Below, one piece after another: positions 35,514 to 39,210 of a stretch of 39,210 nucleotides of DNA (position 1 is its first letter; the number at the start of each line of letters is the position of its first letter). The notes below the pieces were generated by a model that saw nothing but the letters and a program-made list of their open reading frames with translations, was not told the origin of the DNA and ran no database searches. Source of the DNA: Firmicutes bacterium UBA3567 (GTDB taxonomy: Bacteria; Bacillota; Thermosediminibacteria; Koleobacterales; UBA3567); NCBI GenBank assembly GCA_002376045.1, contig DFNM01000195.1, positions 1 through 39,210 of the forward strand. Reading direction: 5' to 3'. Position numbers and translations under genes: made by a program.

Positions 35514-36053
35514 TTACCAGTTATCGGGCATAAAAGATAGATAATCTCTAAATTCCTCTGTATACCTGCTTTTCAGCTTTTCCAATATTTCGTATACTAC
35601 AGGGCAGACAGAAGCATTTTCAATCATGACAATTAACCTCGATATAAACTCCGGCTTGTCTGTATAGGGATATTCTCTGCAGGCTCTGGGCCTAACCTCA
35701 TAAATAGAGCAACCGTTTGGCGTTAAAAATTTGCACGGCCTGGAATTAAATACCCAACTGCCGCTTTGATTTTTTACTAGATATTTATCTGTGAATTCCT
35801 TTTCAGCCTCACCCAAATATTGTGAAATTCGTTTTATATCTTCATTTTCCAAGTTCGGAGTTATGCTTTTGCAACAGTTAGAACAAGCAACACAGTCAAT
35901 TTGTGCAAATAACTTTTCATGCAGATAATGAACGGCTTTATCAACTTCCTCGGGATCCTGCCCCTTTAAAAAGCTCCTGAACAGCCAGTTTTCTTCTTCC
36001 ACTTTTTTGGATGCTTGAGGTAAAATTTTTGGATCTATCAAGGTTATACACAC
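35514..36053 (-). CDS. YkgJ-family cysteine-cluster protein (CxxCxxCC)
   Basis: CVACSNCCK followed by RPCKFLTPNGCSIYEVRPRACREYPY. GTG start with a weak RBS, so the exact start is uncertain. Confidence 0.8.
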   Translation of the reverse strand: MCITLIDPKILPQASKKVEEENWLFRSFLKGQDPEEVDKAVHYLHEKLFAQIDCVACSNCCKSITPNLENEDIKRISQYLGEAEKEFTDKYLVKNQSGSWVFNSRPCKFLTPNGCSIYEVRPRACREYPYTDKPEFISRLIVMIENASVCPVVYEILEKLKSRYTEEFRDYLSFMPDNW

Positions 36054-36372
36054 CTCTTCCAGTTTACTGCTTACTTACAAAAAACAAATCTTTCCTTCAT
36101 GTTACCATATACAAAAGATTCAGACAAGGGTAATACCAATGTAACAGAACTTGTTACACTTCCTTCCTTAATATATTTCTTTGAACACCTGAAAAATCCT
36201 TATCAACATGTTGGGTATCCACAATATCACTGGCCAGATCAAAAGCTCAAGGTTCATACATCCGTTCGCCTGATTAGAATGTAAAAAGTATTATTCATAA
36301 TGTATAATATGCTTTACATTTGATAGTACTTGTTATACAATTTTAATAGAAAGAAAAAAGAGGAGATTTGTC

Positions 36373-36927
36373 ATGAAAAATAAGCTTGTCTGGTTTATGG
36401 TGTTCTTAGTAATATTTTTGATTACGAATATTGCAATCCAGTTTTTTTGGAAGAATGCTGTTGATCCAAAACAAGTATTAGCAACAATTATTGGGATTAC
36501 GATAGGATTCTTGATAATTGCTGCACCGAAGAATTTAATTATCAGGTGGATTGCGGGAGTGCTTGTTGCAGTCAGTATGCCCATTGCACTGGTGGGATTA
36601 GTCTCTCTTTTGTTTTCTCTATTCTCCATTCATTTGACCGGGTGGATCATAATTGGTATTTATATTTTAGGAGTTCTTATTATCCTTTATCTCACGCTAC
36701 GGTTCGGTAACAAACAGTTTTTCCGAGAGCCTGTTATGGACGAAAGGAACCTCTTACATTTTGCATGGTCCGGTTCTTGGTCATTTTTATTTCTTATCTT
36801 TCTAGTCATAGGAGCGCTTTTACAACCTTGGATTGCCCTAGACCAATTAGGGTTATGGATAGGGGTTTTAATTGCTGGACTGCTCTTCTGGATAACAACT
36901 TTAGTTGTTTTGGAGATGAAAAAATAA
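36373..36927 (+). CDS. Polytopic membrane protein partnered with an XRE regulator (DUF2178-like arrangement)
   Basis: 184 aa, 5-6 hydrophobic helices with a central cytoplasmic FREPVMDERNL loop. GAGGAG RBS. Its stop overlaps the next start (TAATG). Confidence 0.7.
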   Translation: MKNKLVWFMVFLVIFLITNIAIQFFWKNAVDPKQVLATIIGITIGFLIIAAPKNLIIRWIAGVLVAVSMPIALVGLVSLLFSLFSIHLTGWIIIGIYILGVLIILYLTLRFGNKQFFREPVMDERNLLHFAWSGSWSFLFLIFLVIGALLQPWIALDQLGLWIGVLIAGLLFWITTLVVLEMKK

Positions 36928-37136
36928 TGAAAAATCGACTGAAAGTATATCGAGCGATGCACGATCTGACACAGGAGGAACTAGCAATAAAACTGGGAGT
37001 TACCAGAGCAACAATTAACGCTATAGAAAATGGGCGATATGATCCTTCCCTTAAACTGGCTTTTCAAATAGCAAGGTTTTTTAAAGTAACAATTGAAGAT
37101 GTATTTATTTATGATGAAACAAATAAACAACAGTGA
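36927..37136 (+). CDS. XRE-family (YozG-like) helix-turn-helix transcriptional regulator
   Basis: 69 aa: MKNRLKVYRAMHDLTQEELAIKLGVTRATINAIENGRYDPSLKLAFQIARFFKVTIEDVF. The track ORF from 36765 is an upstream read-through of the same frame. Confidence 0.88.
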   Translation: MKNRLKVYRAMHDLTQEELAIKLGVTRATINAIENGRYDPSLKLAFQIARFFKVTIEDVFIYDETNKQQ

Positions 37137-37229
37137 GTTGCGGTACGGTGAGCAGAAACAGATAAAAGCACAGCTTTTATTATGCATTTACTATCTAATC
37201 CGCAACACCGGCTTTAATAAACATTGGAA

Positions 37230-37619
37230 TTACTCTTTATTTTCTAAAATCTGCTTCAGCCTGTTTGTTAATACCTCTATTTTTTTGTATACCTCATCTC
37301 CTCTTTCGGGCTTAGATAAAGTGATAAAATCAACTTTATTGGCAAAATCCCATAATTCTTTGCTCTCCCCATCTAAAAAAGATGCTGCCGCTTTTATTTT
37401 GTCAACATCAATTGTTTGTGTCTGGAGAGCAGTAAACATTTTCAATAGCTCGCCGATAAGCTCACTTTTGGCGCGAATAAACTCATGGTCTTTATTAAAT
37501 TCTAATTGGTTAAATAACCATGGTAAAACCCTAACCACGTCAGTGGATTTAACTCCTTCGATGAACGATAATCTTTGTTCTGCAACAGGAATATCTAAGG
37601 CGCCATCTCTGCTGACCAT
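37230..37619 (-). CDS. Hypothetical protein (129 aa, helical, no recognised family)
   Basis: Intact ORF, with the opposite-strand ORF 37093..37740 rejected. No motif recognised. Confidence 0.5.
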   Translation of the reverse strand: MVSRDGALDIPVAEQRLSFIEGVKSTDVVRVLPWLFNQLEFNKDHEFIRAKSELIGELLKMFTALQTQTIDVDKIKAAASFLDGESKELWDFANKVDFITLSKPERGDEVYKKIEVLTNRLKQILENKE

Positions 37620-37775
37620 AGTTCATGTAAACTCGCCTTTAATGCCTCGGTTCTGTCAAAGGCCTGGTACTCAACAATTTCTGAGTGCTAGGGGTGTCAG
37701 CCTTCACCCTACCCTGAAAATAACTCATGTATCGAGCTAACCATTCTGGAAAATTAAACAACTTAAAGTGAAAGG

Positions 37776-38237
37776 ATGTATAAAATGAGTGATTATGAAA
37801 AGTATGTAAGGGAATGCAAAAAGATTAAAAAGGAAAACGAAAAGCTCTTAGAGGATTTTTCGAACTGGCTTGCTGAGAAAGGCCTTTCTTCAAAGACTAT
37901 AAAAAAACATATTGCTAATATGGATTTTTATATTAATGAACACCTCTTATACTATGACCCTATAACGGCCGCTGAAGGTGCTTATTATATAGATTATTTT
38001 CTTGGCTACTGGTTCATAAAAAAAGCCATGTGGGCCAGCAAAACTTCTATTAATGACTATGCATCAGGGTTTAAAAAATTCTATAAATTTATGTTGGAAA
38101 AAGGGCTGATAACTAAGCAAGACTATGAAGACGTCTGCCTGACTATTAAGGAGAAAAAAGCAGATTGGTTAGAAACTCTGGAACGTTTTGATGATCCGAA
38201 TATAACCGATCCTGAGGAAATCTGGGAGCTTTTCTAG
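37776..38237 (+). CDS. Hypothetical protein with an integrase-N-terminal (SAM-like/core-binding) style helical domain, no catalytic domain
   Basis: FSNWLAEKGLSSKTIKKHIANMDFYINE and ASGFKKFYKFMLEKGLI resemble the core-binding domain of tyrosine recombinases. The real start may be the second ATG (37785), 9 nt after AAAGGA. Confidence 0.6.
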   Translation: MYKMSDYEKYVRECKKIKKENEKLLEDFSNWLAEKGLSSKTIKKHIANMDFYINEHLLYYDPITAAEGAYYIDYFLGYWFIKKAMWASKTSINDYASGFKKFYKFMLEKGLITKQDYEDVCLTIKEKKADWLETLERFDDPNITDPEEIWELF

Positions 38238-38332
38238 TGATGGATCTGACAAAAATTATTATATTATAGAGAAGGAGAAAGTATCAATGAAGAAAGCGTA
38301 TCAAAAAACTTTGTTGTAACTATTCAACATAA

Positions 38333-38590
38333 AAAAATAAACTCGAACCCTTCGCCAATTCTGCGGCAAAGTACAGCCATAGAGAAAAAAATTTTAAAAA
38401 GCCAAATATAACAGAAAAAATAGAGCTAATTAACAGGCTGATTACTGAAATCCATTCTAAGGCAGTACTAAATTATTATAGGAACTATGCCCGATATGGA
38501 ACTGATGTGGAAATTTGATTTTCAAGTTGACACTTTTTTTAAACAAGAGTTTTTGTGCCATTTTGAGGGGGTGCATTTTACGTATGCTGA
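38333..38590 (+). pseudogene. Relic (copy B) paralogous to 34098-34410; open frame of 62 codons without a start codon
   Basis: Reads KNKLEPFANSAAKYSHREKNFKKPNITEKIELINRLITEIHSKAVLNYYRNYARYGTDVEI*. It shares codon register and stop with copy A. A consensus RBS (GAAGGAG) plus a 10-codon mini-ORF (38287-38319) lies just upstream in another frame. Confidence 0.45.
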
Positions 38591-39006
38591 GTAGTTACTC
38601 TTTGTTCATAATTACTAATTACTGCCTTATACTTCCAATTTATAGGGAACCGTCACATCCAATCTGACTCCCCCAGAGCTATCTCAACCTGACCAGGTAT
38701 TTCTACAGCCTGCCTTCTACTGATTCACACCTTCTTTCCTTAAAATTCAAGATATTACCCGTATATTACCTCAGCTAGGGGTATTTTGTTTGCTAAAATT
38801 TACAAAGACTATCCAAATCTGCCATATGGATAAGCATTTAAAGGAGAGGCAATATGTCTGTCACGGTATAAACACCCAAAAAAATCCACAAATCGGAAAT
38901 CCTATGAGATTGATCCACCACAAAACCCGAAGAAATTCTCGGTAATTCTGTAACAACACCATGGAGAAGATGGGTTTTAAATCACTGCTTCTTCATGGAT
39001 AGTTTT

Positions 39007-39210
39007 CTATTCGTGTTTTCTTGCAGATTGCTTCTTATCCAGGTTGTATACAAACACCAGTATTCGAGCTACAATTTCATACAGGTGTGGGGGTATTTCC
39101 TGGGAAATATCGAGCTTTACCAGCTCTTTTACCAATTCCGGGTCATTGTAAACTGGAACCCCTTTTTCTTCTGCAATGGCAACAATTCGCTCAGCAAGCT
39201 TCCCTTTGCC
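39007..39210 (-). CDS. FlhB C-terminal-domain-like protein (EscU/YscU/HrcU family, YlqH-like), C-terminal part; the start lies beyond the window end
   Basis: The reverse complement of the window end reads GKGKLAERIVAIAEEKGVPVYNDPELVKELVKLDISQEIPPHLYEIVARILVFVYNLDKKQSARKHE*, the conserved C-terminal block of FlhB-C homologues. Confidence 0.8.
   Translation of the reverse strand, partial: GKGKLAERIVAIAEEKGVPVYNDPELVKELVKLDISQEIPPHLYEIVARILVFVYNLDKKQSARKHE

Noticed and set aside
37093-37740. 215-aa plus-strand ORF
   Set aside because: It is a low-complexity Ser/Leu-rich translation overlapping the end of the XRE gene and antisense to the cleaner 129-aa ORF. It has no RBS at its ATG.
38600-38700. 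Possible minus-strand relic similar to the protease-MORN gene (LDVTVPYKLEV vs WDDGITYVREA; ALGESD vs ELGNSD)
   Set aside because: The matches are short, lie in different frames and are interrupted by stops. The similarity is too weak to separate from chance without a computed alignment.

Overview
Chromosomal segment from a Gram-positive, probably spore-forming, Clostridia-like organism. This is inferred from GGAGG-type ribosome-binding sites (RBS), GerMN and YheC/YheD genes, and frequent TTG/GTG starts. Most genes are on the minus strand.

Gene content, left to right:
- A complete accessory chemosensory operon (partial cheA, cheY, cheR, HEAT-repeat gene, cheB, a three-domain CheW, and a transmembrane-less chemoreceptor with two signalling tips), with an HD-GYP gene next to it.
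- A mosaic stretch: small HTH gene, signal-less Cu/Zn superoxide dismutase (SOD) sitting inside the relic of a sodium-symporter gene, YheC/D ATP-grasp gene, GerMN lipoprotein.
- bioY with a BirA-type operator.
- A small AT-rich SPPY DNA methyltransferase island inserted next to an old-yellow-enzyme (OYE) relic.
- A MacB-type ATPase/FtsX/HlyD efflux operon.
- A cobalamin-riboswitch-controlled BtuFCD-like importer whose ATPase carries an extra C-terminal domain.
- An AT-rich two-gene island (HKD/PLD nuclease plus an overlapping 85-aa ORF).
- An opine-dehydrogenase-family gene behind a c-di-AMP (ydaO-yuaA) riboswitch.
- A 947-aa secreted phosphodiester-glycosidase protein.
- A membrane-domain/CrtI-like oxidoreductase fusion.
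- A bacterial PH-domain (bPH) protein and a 5'-truncated protease-MORN gene.
- A roughly 4.5-kb junk-like island bracketed by two decayed paralogous relics.
- A partial FlhB-C-terminal-like gene at the right edge.

No rRNA, tRNA or CRISPR array was seen.

Best candidates for something undescribed:
1. The solitary HKD-nuclease/winged-helix gene translationally coupled to an unknown 85-aa ORF (possible defence module).
2. The cytoplasmic-array-type Che pathway (double-tip MCP, triple CheW, HEAT protein, HD-GYP neighbour).
3. The c-di-AMP riboswitch / opine dehydrogenase pairing.
4. A roughly 245-bp multiply nested inverted-repeat element with a second partial copy 11 kb away.

All calls come from reading the sequence and the translations by eye. 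No database search was run.
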